From assembly GCA_030704665.1 (NCBI GenBank), contig JAUYID010000009.1, positions 793,702 through 857,701 on the forward strand: a stretch of DNA of 64,000 nt, given 5' to 3'. This DNA comes from a bacterium. GTDB taxonomy: Bacteria > Patescibacteriota > Microgenomatia > Woykebacterales > RBG-16-39-9b. The position numbers and the translations under genes are program-made. Under the pieces are notes generated by a model. That model was not told where the DNA came from. It saw only the letters and a list, made by a program, of their open reading frames with translations, and ran no database searches. This document shows positions 19,350-29,375 of this stretch, one piece after another (the stretch's first letter is position 1; each line of letters begins with the position of its first letter).

Positions 19350-20738
19350 CTATTTTTTGTCCAGTTTTAAACCTAGTTCTTTGAGTTGCTTTTCATCGAG
19401 GCGGCTGGGTGCATCCATGACGGAGGTCTCCCCAGAAGAAGTGACCGGAAAAGCGACAACTTCACGAATCGAGCTTTCTCCGGTGAAAACGGCCGTCAAG
19501 CGTTCCAGACCAATCGCGATACCACCATGAACCGGTGCCCCATACTCATAAGCTTTCAGTAAATGACCGAAGTCAGATTCAATTTTTTCTTTCGAGTAAC
19601 CCATGATTTTTAGAGCTTGTCTTTGAACCTCTGGTTTGTTGATACGAATACTTCCAGAGGCCATCTCAAAGCCATTGCAAACCAAATCGTACTGCAGGGA
19701 AGAAATTTTGGCGATCTCTTTTTCCGCTTTTAATTTTTCTTCGTCCTCTGGCTTTGGAGCGGTAAAGGGGTTGTGAGAAAAAGTCCAGGCTTTTTCCTCC
19801 TCATCTCTTTCAAAAAGAGGGAAATCGAGAACAAAGGCAAAGGCGAGCTCCTCAGTCTGGTTTTTGTTGCGGAGATCAAATTTGTCGGCTCCAAACTGCT
19901 TCATTGCTTCGGTATGGGTGAAACGAGGGAAAGGTTTTTCCAAAATCTTTTTCCCCATTTTTTCCGCGACAAAGGTTATCATTTCTTCGACTAAATTAAG
20001 GATGTCCTCTCTTTCAACAAAAGCCATCTCGAGATCGATCTGGGTATGCTCCATCTGTCGGTCAGCTCTCAAATCCTCGTCTCGAAAAGCGCGGGAAAGT
20101 TGGTAGTATTTTTCGAAACCGGAAATCATGAGCAACTGTTTATATTGTTGTGGGGCTTGAGCAAGAGCGTAGAAGTTTCCTTTTTGGTGTCGAGACGGAA
20201 CAACAAAATCACGGGCGCCTTCCGGAGTTGTTTTAGTTAGGTAGGGAGTTTCAATTTCAACGAAATTTTCTTTGTTCAAAAACTCTCGAGCCGCGACCGC
20301 GATACGGTGGCGGGTTTTTAAATTAGTCTGCAGACGCTGCCGGCGTAGATCGATATAGCGGTACTTCATGCGCACCAGCTCATCTATCTCTGTTCCGGGA
20401 GTGTCAATGGGAAAAGGTAGTTCGTTGGCTTTGTTGATGAGATTAATTTGTTTCAGAGTCAGTTCAACTTTTCCTGTTTCCAAGTCTGGATTGACGTTTG
20501 CTTGAGGACGAGCTTTAACTTCTCCTACTACCTCAACGACGTCCTCCGCTCCCAGACTGTTGGCGGTTTCATAGGCCTGTTCTTCTTTTGGAGTCGCGAC
20601 ACTTTGGATCAGCCCTGAAGCATCACGAAGATCAAGGAAAATTATTTTACCGTGGTCACGTCGCGAATTTACCCAACCGGCAAGTTTCACTTCCTCCCCA
20701 CCCTTTTCTGCTGCTTTGACGATAGGAATTCTTTTCAT
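19350..20738 (-). CDS. aspS: Aspartate--tRNA ligase (compact form)
   Basis: GWVNSRRDHG, TPEGARDFVVP, FRDEDLRADR, HGGIAIGLERL. Confidence 0.96.
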   Translation of the reverse strand: MKRIPIVKAAEKGGEEVKLAGWVNSRRDHGKIIFLDLRDASGLIQSVATPKEEQAYETANSLGAEDVVEVVGEVKARPQANVNPDLETGKVELTLKQINLINKANELPFPIDTPGTEIDELVRMKYRYIDLRRQRLQTNLKTRHRIAVAAREFLNKENFVEIETPYLTKTTPEGARDFVVPSRHQKGNFYALAQAPQQYKQLLMISGFEKYYQLSRAFRDEDLRADRQMEHTQIDLEMAFVEREDILNLVEEMITFVAEKMGKKILEKPFPRFTHTEAMKQFGADKFDLRNKNQTEELAFAFVLDFPLFERDEEEKAWTFSHNPFTAPKPEDEEKLKAEKEIAKISSLQYDLVCNGFEMASGSIRINKPEVQRQALKIMGYSKEKIESDFGHLLKAYEYGAPVHGGIAIGLERLTAVFTGESSIREVVAFPVTSSGETSVMDAPSRLDEKQLKELGLKLDKK

Positions 20739-20759
20739 CGAAGGCCATTCTAGCTTTTT

Positions 20760-22415
20760 TCAGCTTGCTTGTCCAGCCTCGGCTAAATCTTTGATTCTAA
20801 ACTCAAGATTGGTTCTCCCTCCCCAAGTATTTTTTACTAAATTGAAGACAATGTCTTTTTTTCCTTTTTTAAGGGGTTCTTCCCCAAAACCAAATGCAAT
20901 CGCCGGAAAGATTCTCCCGTCTGGCAAACGCGAGGTCAAACGCAAATGATTTTTCTCTTTACCAACTGGCTTTTCTTCAAGAACTTCAACCTCTCGAAGC
21001 AAAAAAACAGGTTCTGGGTTTCCCATTCCGAAAGGTTCTAAATCTCGAACTGCCTCAAAGAGTTGGTCGTTAATTTCTTCAGCCTCAACCTGCGCATCTA
21101 TTTTTAAAACCGGCGTTAGTTGTTCTTCAGTCAAAAGCTCCTCCGCAGTTTTAATCATCTTCTCCCGAAAAGGAGCGATCTTGGCTCTATCCAAAGAAAA
21201 TCCTGCTGCCATGGGGTGTCCTCCGTGGGAAAGTAAGATGTCGGCGTGTTTATGAATTGCCTCTGTAATATTAAAACCCTTAATTGATCTGGCTGACCCC
21301 TTGCTAACTGGCAACCCTTCACTGATGACCGCCGAAGGACGGTGAAACCTTTCCGTCAGTCTTCCGGCAACCAGACCAACTACTCCTTGTTCATAATTCT
21401 TTGAAGAAACGACGAAAAACTTGGCTCCCAAATATTCTTTCTCTACCTGCTTTTTAGCATCTTCCAAAGCTGACAAGGTTGCTTCTTGGCGAAGCCGATT
21501 GGTTTGTCCGAGTTTTAATGCCAACTTGCTGCCTCGCTCTGGATTTCTTGTCAGCAAAAGTCGAAGAGAATCTAGGGCGCTTTCCATCCTTCCCATAGCA
21601 TTGAGCCGAGGAGAAATGACATGGCCAATCTCGTAAGTTCCAATACTATTACTCAACCCTGCTTCCTCGTAAAGGGACTTGAGGCCGATCCGCTTGGAGG
21701 CGGCTAGGTTCAAAAGTCCGTTTTTGACAATGACTCGGTTTTCCCCAAGCAAAGGTACCATATCCGCTACCGTACCGAGGGTAGCTAGCTCCAAGTTTTT
21801 GAAGAACTGTTCATCTTGATCTTTCCCATATTCCGAAAGTAGGGCGGTCGCAAGTTTGAAGGCTACCCCACTCCCCGCCAAAGTGGTGGTGTGAAGGGTA
21901 GCGAAAGAAGAAGGGAGAACTTCTTGCGCCTGATGGTGATCGGTAATAATCAAATCTAGTTTTAGCTCTTTAGCATAATTTGCTTGCTCGATCGCAGTAA
22001 TACCACAGTCTACGGTGATAACAAGCTTGGCACCTTCGCTAGACAAAAATTTTAAGGCTTCGTTGTTTAGACCGTAACCCTCACTGTGGCGCGAAGGAAT
22101 ATAGGGCAAGATTTTTGCTCCTAGTAAATCGAGGCTCTCCCAAAGGATGGCGCAAGCAGTGATACCATCGACGTCGAAGTCACCGTAAATATAGATTAGC
22201 TCTTTTTCGGTGATTGCTTTTTTTATCCGGGCAAGAGCTCGCCCTAGATCAGGAAAAAGTTTTTCCGGATCAGTCAGAAGATTTAAATGGGGGTGAATAA
22301 ATTTTTCTTTAGAGTTCGAATCTTTTAGATTACGGTTGAGAAGTAGTTGATTTTTTAAATCTCTCTCAACCCGTGGAAAAACTTCCCAGTGCTTTGGCTC
22401 TAAACTACTCGCCAT
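20760..22415 (-). CDS. recJ: Single-stranded-DNA exonuclease RecJ
   Basis: GDFDVDG, EGYGL, TVDCG, TDHH, KGSARS, GGHPMAAG, LEPFGMGNPEP. Confidence 0.96.
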   Translation of the reverse strand: MASSLEPKHWEVFPRVERDLKNQLLLNRNLKDSNSKEKFIHPHLNLLTDPEKLFPDLGRALARIKKAITEKELIYIYGDFDVDGITACAILWESLDLLGAKILPYIPSRHSEGYGLNNEALKFLSSEGAKLVITVDCGITAIEQANYAKELKLDLIITDHHQAQEVLPSSFATLHTTTLAGSGVAFKLATALLSEYGKDQDEQFFKNLELATLGTVADMVPLLGENRVIVKNGLLNLAASKRIGLKSLYEEAGLSNSIGTYEIGHVISPRLNAMGRMESALDSLRLLLTRNPERGSKLALKLGQTNRLRQEATLSALEDAKKQVEKEYLGAKFFVVSSKNYEQGVVGLVAGRLTERFHRPSAVISEGLPVSKGSARSIKGFNITEAIHKHADILLSHGGHPMAAGFSLDRAKIAPFREKMIKTAEELLTEEQLTPVLKIDAQVEAEEINDQLFEAVRDLEPFGMGNPEPVFLLREVEVLEEKPVGKEKNHLRLTSRLPDGRIFPAIAFGFGEEPLKKGKKDIVFNLVKNTWGGRTNLEFRIKDLAEAGQAS

Positions 22416-22732
22416 AAATATTGCTCTAGATCAACTTTATCCCCAACAACTTCCACCCCTTCCCTTTCCAAACGAGCTTTTTGAACCCCTGTTCCGCCAA
22501 AAGCAAAAGAAGGGGCGAGTCGGCCTTTCATATTGACCACTCGATGACAGGGAATTGCCTCTTCATCAGGATTTTGATGAAGGTAATTACCGACCAGACG
22601 GGGATTTGTCACTCCGGAAAGCAGGGCCAGTTTTGAGTAGGTCAGAACCTTTCCCTGGGGAATTTCTGAAGTTATTTGATAGACAATTTCTCTTTTGTTC
22701 ATGGAAAACAATTTTACCACGGCAAAAACCAA
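22400..22732 (-). CDS. MGMT family methylated-DNA--protein-cysteine methyltransferase
   Basis: IPQGKVLTY...PRLVG...IPCHRVV; the true start may be the internal MNKRE. Confidence 0.88.
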   Translation of the reverse strand: MVFAVVKLFSMNKREIVYQITSEIPQGKVLTYSKLALLSGVTNPRLVGNYLHQNPDEEAIPCHRVVNMKGRLAPSFAFGGTGVQKARLEREGVEVVGDKVDLEQYLWRVV

Positions 22733-22751
22733 TCTAAAACGGGCATACTGA

Positions 22752-23651
22752 CTACTTTTTCCTTCTTCTGTCCGTCCACTCCTGCCAAAGTACTAGAATC
22801 GGGGCGGCGTTAAAGATCGAAGAATAGGTTCCAGAAATGACTCCAACCAAAAGAGCGACAACAAACCAGCGGATTGAAACCCCACCGAAAAGCAACAGGG
22901 CGGAAAGAACAAAAACAACGGTCAGAGACGTATTCAGTGAACGACCGATGGTCTGCATGATTGAGTGGTTGACCGTTTCAGCAAAGCTTGGATAGGTCCG
23001 TTTGTTCAAATTTTCCCTGATACGGTCAAAAACAACAATCGTATCGTGGACCGAGAAACCAATGACAGTGAGTAGGGCGGTAACAAAAAGTGAGTCGATC
23101 TCAACTGCGAAAAAATGTCCCAAAATAGAGAAAACACCCAGGACCAAAAAGGCATCATGCAGCAAAGCAACGATCGCCGCCAGACCAAAACGCCAACTTG
23201 AGGCCGGGGCGGGAAGAGATCTAAACGCCCAGGAAATGTAAATCACGATCATGATTGAAGCTATCACCAAAGCAAGCAGAGATTTACGCAAAAGCTCAGC
23301 TCCGACTGTCGGTCCGACCGTTTCGTGGCGCAGCTCGGCCACCTTACCGTACTTCTTGTTTAGAGCAGAGATAAGGGTTTTGTAATTCTCGTCAGAAAGA
23401 GGCTTGGTCCGAAGCAAATAGCTTGATTGGCCAGTAGTCTGCACAGTGGAGACTTCAATCTTTGCTTCTTTGCTGACTGTTACTAGTTCACTTCGTTCCA
23501 CTGTTTTCTCTAGGCGTATCTCAACTAAGGTCCCTCCGGTAAAATCAATTCCCAAGTTTAGCCCCCAAATCATTAGAGAAATCAAGCCGGGAAGAATGAT
23601 CAGTCCGGAAAAAGCAAAGTACCAAAATTTTTTTCCAACTACATTTAGCAT
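22752..23651 (-). CDS. secF: Protein translocase subunit SecF
   Basis: LGIDFTGGT, VGPTVG, GFSVHDTIVVFDRIREN, GTYSS. Confidence 0.96.
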   Translation of the reverse strand: MLNVVGKKFWYFAFSGLIILPGLISLMIWGLNLGIDFTGGTLVEIRLEKTVERSELVTVSKEAKIEVSTVQTTGQSSYLLRTKPLSDENYKTLISALNKKYGKVAELRHETVGPTVGAELLRKSLLALVIASIMIVIYISWAFRSLPAPASSWRFGLAAIVALLHDAFLVLGVFSILGHFFAVEIDSLFVTALLTVIGFSVHDTIVVFDRIRENLNKRTYPSFAETVNHSIMQTIGRSLNTSLTVVFVLSALLLFGGVSIRWFVVALLVGVISGTYSSIFNAAPILVLWQEWTDRRRKK

Positions 23652-23657
23652 AGTGTT

Positions 23658-24002
23658 TTATCCTTTTGCGCTCTTGCGCCTTTTATTTACTTCCATTTCC
23701 AGCATTTCAAAAACTTCTAGCTCAAGTTCGGCGACCAGGGTGGTTATTTTTTCATCTAAGTTTTCGACCCGATCCTGCAAAAAACCAATCACTTCAGTTT
23801 CAGTGGCATAATAAAACTTTTCCAAAAAACTAGTCCGTTCGTCATCGGCGAGCAGATCCAACAAACCTATCAAGAGATGCTGTTGATAAATTTTAGCTAG
23901 TAAGTCAAGTAAATGCTCTCTTTCATGCTCTGCCAAGTCTAGCTGGGTGAGTTTGTTTTCGATATTTTCTTTGTTTGCAAAGCGTTCGTAGAGAGTAATC
24001 AT
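23658..24002 (-). CDS. Hypothetical acidic helical protein
   Basis: 114-aa ORF translationally coupled between secD and secF. Confidence 0.7.
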   Translation of the reverse strand: MITLYERFANKENIENKLTQLDLAEHEREHLLDLLAKIYQQHLLIGLLDLLADDERTSFLEKFYYATETEVIGFLQDRVENLDEKITTLVAELELEVFEMLEMEVNKRRKSAKG

Positions 24003-24931
24003 TGCAAAACTCCTAAGGGCTTGGAAGCCTCACTATCATCAAGAAAAAGGAACAGAACTCCTTGTTTGGCTTTGGGTGGGTAAAGCCCCAAACCATCCAT
24101 CACTTCTGGACTTCCTCCAAAATGCTTGCCAGTGCTAAGTGCAGGGCCAGCATCGGCAATGTCTCCAATCACTGCTTGCCCCGTCAAAGGGTTGATGGCA
24201 AGCATTCTCCGATGTTTAAACCATTGCCAGGCATTTGCTTGTCCCCAGTTCGGAGAGTCGAAGGTTTGCACCACCAGATAAAATTTTTCCATTTCAGCGT
24301 CACGTGCGGTCAGGCTTTGGCGGTTGGGAGCAAAATACCCATAGGCACCTCGACCACCTGCCATTCCAGTCCGACTGTAGTTTGCGCGCGCTACTTCCGA
24401 ATCAAAGTGCGAATCAAAAGTATCCCCTGGATAGCGAGTCAAGTGAGACTCTGTGCCAATGTAACCATAGCTAGTGTTCAGTCGGTAACCTTGCAGTTCT
24501 GCTTTGACTCGAACGCCCAAGATTTTATAGACTGCTTGCTCAATTTTCCTTTCTTCCTCTTTTGTTAAGGGTCTTACCTCATGGGGAAGTTTCCCCAAAA
24601 GTTCTTTTCTCAACTCGTCTGTTCTGTCTTTCCCCGCTGTAACACTCGGCTTTATTGTTCCGGGAAGTAACTCTCTCTGCTGAAAAACTCCCGGTAGCTC
24701 TTTGGTTGGACTCAACCCTGAAGAAAGGAGCATCACTCCCGCCGCTGTTCCGGCTACGACACTTCGTCCTGTCTGACGCGCCACGTCCTCAACATTGATC
24801 CCCTTTTCTCTGACCCAAGTCAGACTCTCACCGTGTTTTTCTTCAAACACTGTGAGCAGGTCTTTGTATTTCTTTTCAAAACTTGAAGCCAAAAGTTTAA
24901 AGGCTTCGGTTTTTGCTTTTGTTTTAGGCAT
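23999..24931 (-). CDS. Hypothetical protein; possible C-terminal double-psi beta-barrel (RlpA-like)
   Basis: 310 aa; central hydrophobic segment; VIGDIADAGP motif; start overlaps the secD stop. Confidence 0.65.
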   Translation of the reverse strand: MPKTKAKTEAFKLLASSFEKKYKDLLTVFEEKHGESLTWVREKGINVEDVARQTGRSVVAGTAAGVMLLSSGLSPTKELPGVFQQRELLPGTIKPSVTAGKDRTDELRKELLGKLPHEVRPLTKEEERKIEQAVYKILGVRVKAELQGYRLNTSYGYIGTESHLTRYPGDTFDSHFDSEVARANYSRTGMAGGRGAYGYFAPNRQSLTARDAEMEKFYLVVQTFDSPNWGQANAWQWFKHRRMLAINPLTGQAVIGDIADAGPALSTGKHFGGSPEVMDGLGLYPPKAKQGVLFLFLDDSEASKPLGVLQ

Positions 24932-26267
24932 TTCGATAAACTAAGCGCAAAAAGTTTCTGGTCACGACAATAGCGGTAAACATTGAAACCAGAATCCCTA
25001 TAGCCAAGGCGAGAGCAAAACCTTTCACTTGACCGGTTCCAAGCCAAAACAAAATACCGCTAGTGAGAAGTGAAGAGACATTCGAATCACGAATCGAGTT
25101 CCAAGCCCGGGAAAAACCAATCTCAGTCGCATTTATCTTTGATCTGCCTTCTCTGAGTTCCTCTTTCATTCTTTCAAAAATCAAGATATTAGCATCCACC
25201 GCCATACCAATCGAGAGAATAAAGCCAGCAATTCCGGCTAGAGTCAGAGTGACCGGGATAGTTTTGAAGACTGCCAAAACAATCAGGGCATAGACCAAAA
25301 GAGCCAAGTCAGCTAGTAGACCAACGACGCCGTAATAAATCAGCATGAAGGCAGCCACGATACTGATCCCGACTATTCCGGCGAAAAGACTTTTTTCCAC
25401 AGACTCTTTACCCAAAGTTGCACCAATTGATTGATCAGAAATGATGTCAATTTTTTTCACTGGCAAAGCCCCGGCGGAGAGCTGAATTGCTAGGGTTTTG
25501 GCCTGATCAGGAGAATCCATACCACTGATCTGACCTTTGTCACGAATTTCACTCTGTACTGTAGCATAGTTGATGATTTGATCATCCAAAAAAGTCATCA
25601 ATGGCTTTTGAATCAGCTCACGGGTAACTTTGGCAAACTTATCTTGAGAAGAAGATTTAATTTCAAAATTTACAACTGCCCCAGGAGTGGTTCCTTGGCC
25701 AGCGGAGTTAAAACCGGCATCCGCCCTTTGCAAATCTTTGCCGGTAACCCCTGTGGGTTCAGTATTTTCCAAGGTTGGTATCACCTCGGGTTTTGTGTAA
25801 TCGACCCCCGCTTTAAATTTTCTAAACTCAAGCTTGGCGGTTTGACCCACCAGTTTTTTGGCTTCATCTGGGTTGTTTATCCCAGGCAGTTCAACAATGA
25901 TCCGGTATTCTCCGGCAACTTTGGCGGTTTGCACCAGGGCTTCGGCGACCCCAAGCCCATTGACCCGTTTTTCAATCACCTCTTTGGCTGCCTCCAAAGC
26001 TTTGTCGCGATCGGCTGCGGCTACATCGGACATGTCCGCTCGCAAAGTCAAGGCAGTCCCACCCTGAAGATCAAGACCAAGTTTGACATCAAATTTTCTG
26101 GCGAAGCTTATCCCAAAACGACTTAGGTTGAGGTCTGGGCCTTTGAGAACTCGATCAACTTTGATTGGCCCGAGGTTAAATTTGACTGGTACGCTTGGCC
26201 AATCAATAAGAATAGAAGCAAAAACTATCAGTCCAATGAAAAGAAGGACAAATCTGGGTTTCTTCAT
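24924..26267 (-). CDS. secD: Protein translocase subunit SecD
   Basis: KLGLDLQGG, IIVELPG, GALP, GMAVDANILIFER. Confidence 0.96.
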   Translation of the reverse strand: MKKPRFVLLFIGLIVFASILIDWPSVPVKFNLGPIKVDRVLKGPDLNLSRFGISFARKFDVKLGLDLQGGTALTLRADMSDVAAADRDKALEAAKEVIEKRVNGLGVAEALVQTAKVAGEYRIIVELPGINNPDEAKKLVGQTAKLEFRKFKAGVDYTKPEVIPTLENTEPTGVTGKDLQRADAGFNSAGQGTTPGAVVNFEIKSSSQDKFAKVTRELIQKPLMTFLDDQIINYATVQSEIRDKGQISGMDSPDQAKTLAIQLSAGALPVKKIDIISDQSIGATLGKESVEKSLFAGIVGISIVAAFMLIYYGVVGLLADLALLVYALIVLAVFKTIPVTLTLAGIAGFILSIGMAVDANILIFERMKEELREGRSKINATEIGFSRAWNSIRDSNVSSLLTSGILFWLGTGQVKGFALALAIGILVSMFTAIVVTRNFLRLVYRNA

Positions 26268-26305
26268 CGCAGAGAATTATAATAGTAACGAAGCTAGAGA
26301 GTCAA

Positions 26306-26740
26306 TCAGGCAAGAGTTTTGATAAAGTCCTCGATTGAGGGGTAGGCTTCCTCAAAAATTAGATATAAACTTTCCGTCTCTTTTTGCTCTCCAACCAAAA
26401 TGCACTTCTTTCCCATCCCAAAAGCAACTCCAGCTTCCAGATGGGCTGATTTCCCGGCTGGAAGCAGTAGAATCAAGGCCGAAGATTCTTTCAAAGCATT
26501 CATACCTACGTCAAAAATTTCCTTAACGTGAGGGGAGTTTTTCCAGTTGGGTATGCTTTCGAATTTTTCCATGAATTGTTCTGGAGAGTAATTTCTTTCC
26601 CATTCCTGAAGTTTATACTCGGCTCCATCACTATCAACAAAGCAATAAACCGTTTTTCCTTTTGCCTTTATTTTCCCCGCAAAGTCTACAACCGTTTCCT
26701 TATTTCTCCACCTTGAAGCAATAAAGTAATCGTACTTCAT
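26306..26740 (-). CDS. Nucleoside 2-deoxyribosyltransferase-like protein
   Basis: YFIASRWRN...LLPAGKSAHLEAGVAFGMGK. Confidence 0.65.
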   Translation of the reverse strand: MKYDYFIASRWRNKETVVDFAGKIKAKGKTVYCFVDSDGAEYKLQEWERNYSPEQFMEKFESIPNWKNSPHVKEIFDVGMNALKESSALILLLPAGKSAHLEAGVAFGMGKKCILVGEQKETESLYLIFEEAYPSIEDFIKTLA

Positions 26741-26742
26741 CT

Positions 26743-27345
26743 TTAGCGGCTCATCTCTTCTTCGTCACCGAGAAGCATAACGTGGGGTTTTTCGAGAATT
26801 CCAACGACAAAGGGGTCACGGCGGTTTTTGCGGAAGGCGAACTCATCTTCAGTCATAACAGTGTAGTTTACTTCCCGACCCACTTCTTCTTCCGCCTCTT
26901 TAACTAGTTGGGCTAGCTGAGGCAAAACTACACTACCAACCACCAGAAGGTCAACGTCGGAAGCACCAAGCGGGTAGCGACGGATGTAGCCCCCGGCCAG
27001 AGTGGCAAATTTTATCTTGCCGAGCTTGCCTCGCTCGTGAATGATAGCTCCGCCAAGTCCAGAAGCCTTAGCCATCATACGAGACAGTTCGTCGAAAAAT
27101 GAGTAGTCTTTGCGAAAACCGTAGAATTTACGGTTGGCCCGCGCTTCAGATGTAACCATACCCGCTTTTTCCATACGCGATAGTTCCGCCCGAACCGCGT
27201 TTATCTGCTCATTGACTGCTCTGACCAACTCCCGAACGTAAAAAATCTTGCCGGGGTTGGTAAAGAAGACCTGGAGAAGTTTGATCCTGGTCTTGGAAAT
27301 AAAAAGATTTTTCAGGGCAGGATTACTTGCAGCTTGGTCTGTCAT
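26743..27345 (-). CDS. Winged-helix / nucleotidyltransferase-like domain protein
   Basis: SKTRIKLL...YVRELVR...NAVRAEL; DVDLLVVG; GREVNYTV. Confidence 0.75.
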   Translation of the reverse strand: MTDQAASNPALKNLFISKTRIKLLQVFFTNPGKIFYVRELVRAVNEQINAVRAELSRMEKAGMVTSEARANRKFYGFRKDYSFFDELSRMMAKASGLGGAIIHERGKLGKIKFATLAGGYIRRYPLGASDVDLLVVGSVVLPQLAQLVKEAEEEVGREVNYTVMTEDEFAFRKNRRDPFVVGILEKPHVMLLGDEEEMSR

Positions 27346-27389
27346 TTATCCTCCTTGGGCAAGTAAATCAAAATTATAATTTACTCTTA

Positions 27390-28508
27390 TCATTTAAAAG
27401 AGACTGAAGAGCCAACAGGAACTATCTCAATCCAAATTTTGCCTCGATTGAGTTCTATCTCTTTGTTTCTTTTGTCATAAAATCGAGTTCTTCCTTCCCG
27501 TGAGCTTTTTTTCCACGTTCCGGTAAAAACTTTGCCGTCAGTAAAAATCTTGACCTTCCCTTTGCCAATTGTGCTCATGTGCAATCGACCGTGACCGCCG
27601 GAAACCGCTAGTTGTGTCGGGACATACTCAACAATGATATTTTTTGCTGTTAGTTGTTTTTTGGTTGCAGCATCAGTATGAACTAGGCCACCGTTTTTGC
27701 GCAAGTAAAGATTGGTCTTTGGGTCATAAATCCAATCAACATCATAACTTCCGATAGAATAAGAAGAGCCAAACTTTACTTTCAAAGAAAACTTTTTCGG
27801 CCGCTCCTCAGGCTCAGCTTCCTTATCTTTAAACAACCAAGATTCGATTGAGACTGGACCGGTATACCCTTTTTTTGCGGCGGCGGCGCGAAGCTTTGTG
27901 GTCGTTGTGTAAACATTGTGAGGGGCAAAACGAAAAGTTACTCTTTCATAGGTAGGCGCACCAAGACCAAATTGATCAAGGTCTTTGATACCGTACTGAC
28001 GCACTTTTGCTTGTGCCTCGGGACTACCTCCGATATGAGCGTAGCCTGCCTTGTACTCGCTGAGCCAATCAAGAAAGTACGGCCGGTTACTACGCACTGG
28101 TCCCAATTGTGTATCGGGAGCTAAATAAATATTTAATGTGCGAGTAATGCCACCTTCAGCCAAGGCTTCATAGGTAATCTCGGCTTTAGCCATCCCAGTT
28201 TGAGGACGAGCGTCTGTATGGTTTTCAATCACCACTGCCAAAGGCAGCCGATTCTTCCATCTGTTTGCCTCAGTTTGAGTGTACAAAACCCCATTCAAAG
28301 GGTCAGGGACGTCTCTTGCTTCTTTTGGTTTGCCAGTCAGAAGTGTTCCGAGAGGAGAAAAAACTTTCTGCAAACTTTTCTCGATATAGCTGCGCCCGAA
28401 CCAAAAGCCAAGACCGCCCAAAAGAACAATGAAGGAGAGGAGAACGACCACCACAAAAAATTTCTTGATCTTTGAAAGTTTTTTAAACCTTTTGATCCAA
28501 TAAAACAT
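27390..28508 (-). CDS. DUF3048 (YerB-like) membrane-anchored protein
   Basis: VIENHTDARPQTG, AEGGITR, GPVRS, APHNVY. Confidence 0.85.
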   Translation of the reverse strand: MFYWIKRFKKLSKIKKFFVVVVLLSFIVLLGGLGFWFGRSYIEKSLQKVFSPLGTLLTGKPKEARDVPDPLNGVLYTQTEANRWKNRLPLAVVIENHTDARPQTGMAKAEITYEALAEGGITRTLNIYLAPDTQLGPVRSNRPYFLDWLSEYKAGYAHIGGSPEAQAKVRQYGIKDLDQFGLGAPTYERVTFRFAPHNVYTTTTKLRAAAAKKGYTGPVSIESWLFKDKEAEPEERPKKFSLKVKFGSSYSIGSYDVDWIYDPKTNLYLRKNGGLVHTDAATKKQLTAKNIIVEYVPTQLAVSGGHGRLHMSTIGKGKVKIFTDGKVFTGTWKKSSREGRTRFYDKRNKEIELNRGKIWIEIVPVGSSVSFK

Positions 28509-28643
28509 TTATTCTTTGTTTCCCACCCAATCTAAGACTTCTGGGTACTAGTATTACCCATCAGCTTAAACTTTTTGATTTTGTTTTGCAAGACTTACCT
28601 ACTTGCAGGCGAGGGTAGGCTTGTGCTAAAGTGGCCAGCAGCA

Positions 28644-28949
28644 ATGCCGAAAAAAACTAGGGAAGAAAAAATTTTGGCCCGCTTACGCCGCCTGGAACAA
28701 GCCAAACAGTCTCCGGAAGGCGTAGCCCCCATGCCAAACTCCACAACAGCCGAGGCGACTTCATCTGCTTACAATATAAAAAACCTTCACAAAACTGAAA
28801 AAATCCCTGAGCCAGCAAAAGTCAGGACCGAAGTCGTGGACTATTCTTATGTAAAAACCGACCTACGGAAGACCGCTGTTTTGACAGCTGCTGCGCTGGT
28901 CATCGAGATTGGTTTGAGCCTGTTTTTGGGAGGAAAATCTATTTTTTGA
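28644..28949 (+). CDS. Hypothetical protein with C-terminal TM helix
   Basis: MPKKTREEKILARLRR...YSYVKTDLRKT; ATG 28644 preferred over TTG 28575. Confidence 0.7.
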   Translation: MPKKTREEKILARLRRLEQAKQSPEGVAPMPNSTTAEATSSAYNIKNLHKTEKIPEPAKVRTEVVDYSYVKTDLRKTAVLTAAALVIEIGLSLFLGGKSIF

Positions 28950-28971
28950 GGTAGATTAGGCACATTTGCGC

Positions 28972-29000
28972 TTGACAGCCTCAGGTAGGTGTGCTAAGCT
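28972..29000 (+). promoter_or_regulatory. Sigma70-type promoter for the DUF5679 gene
   Basis: TTGACA-17nt-TAAGCT with a TG extension. Confidence 0.6.
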
Positions 29001-29135
29001 TTTTTTCGAGGCTGTTTAGCCTCATTTACGTTAGATTTTTAGTCACTTAGTCACTGCTCGAAGGGAGGTGACAGAAAAGATCAGAAAATCAAAGTTGAAG
29101 AACCACACTTTGATTTTTCCATATCTCAACTAATT

Positions 29136-29276
29136 ATGGCTTCAATGTATTGTGTAAAATGTCGTGCAAAGAAAGAAGTTGCTAACCCAGAGCAAGTCAC
29201 CATGAAAAATGGCAAAAAAGCTCTTCGAGGAACATGTCCAGACTGCGGAACCAAGATGTTCAAGATTGGCGGCTAG
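29136..29276 (+). CDS. DUF5679-like small zinc-ribbon protein (46 aa; not in ORF track)
   Basis: MASMYCVKCRAKKEVANPEQVTMKNGKKALRGTCPDCGTKMFKIGG; two CxxC pairs; followed by a terminator. Confidence 0.88.
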   Translation: MASMYCVKCRAKKEVANPEQVTMKNGKKALRGTCPDCGTKMFKIGG

Positions 29277-29293
29277 TTCTCTTTTGTACCATT

Positions 29294-29331
29294 AACAGAA
29301 AGGCCCCTAGTGATAGGGGTTTTTCTGTTTT
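29294..29331 (+). terminator. Intrinsic terminator
   Basis: aacagaaaggcccctag-tga-taggggtttttctgttt hairpin with T tract. Confidence 0.8.
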
Positions 29332-29375
29332 GAGAAGTCATTGACAAGAAAACCGTTTGCTATTACGATTTAACA

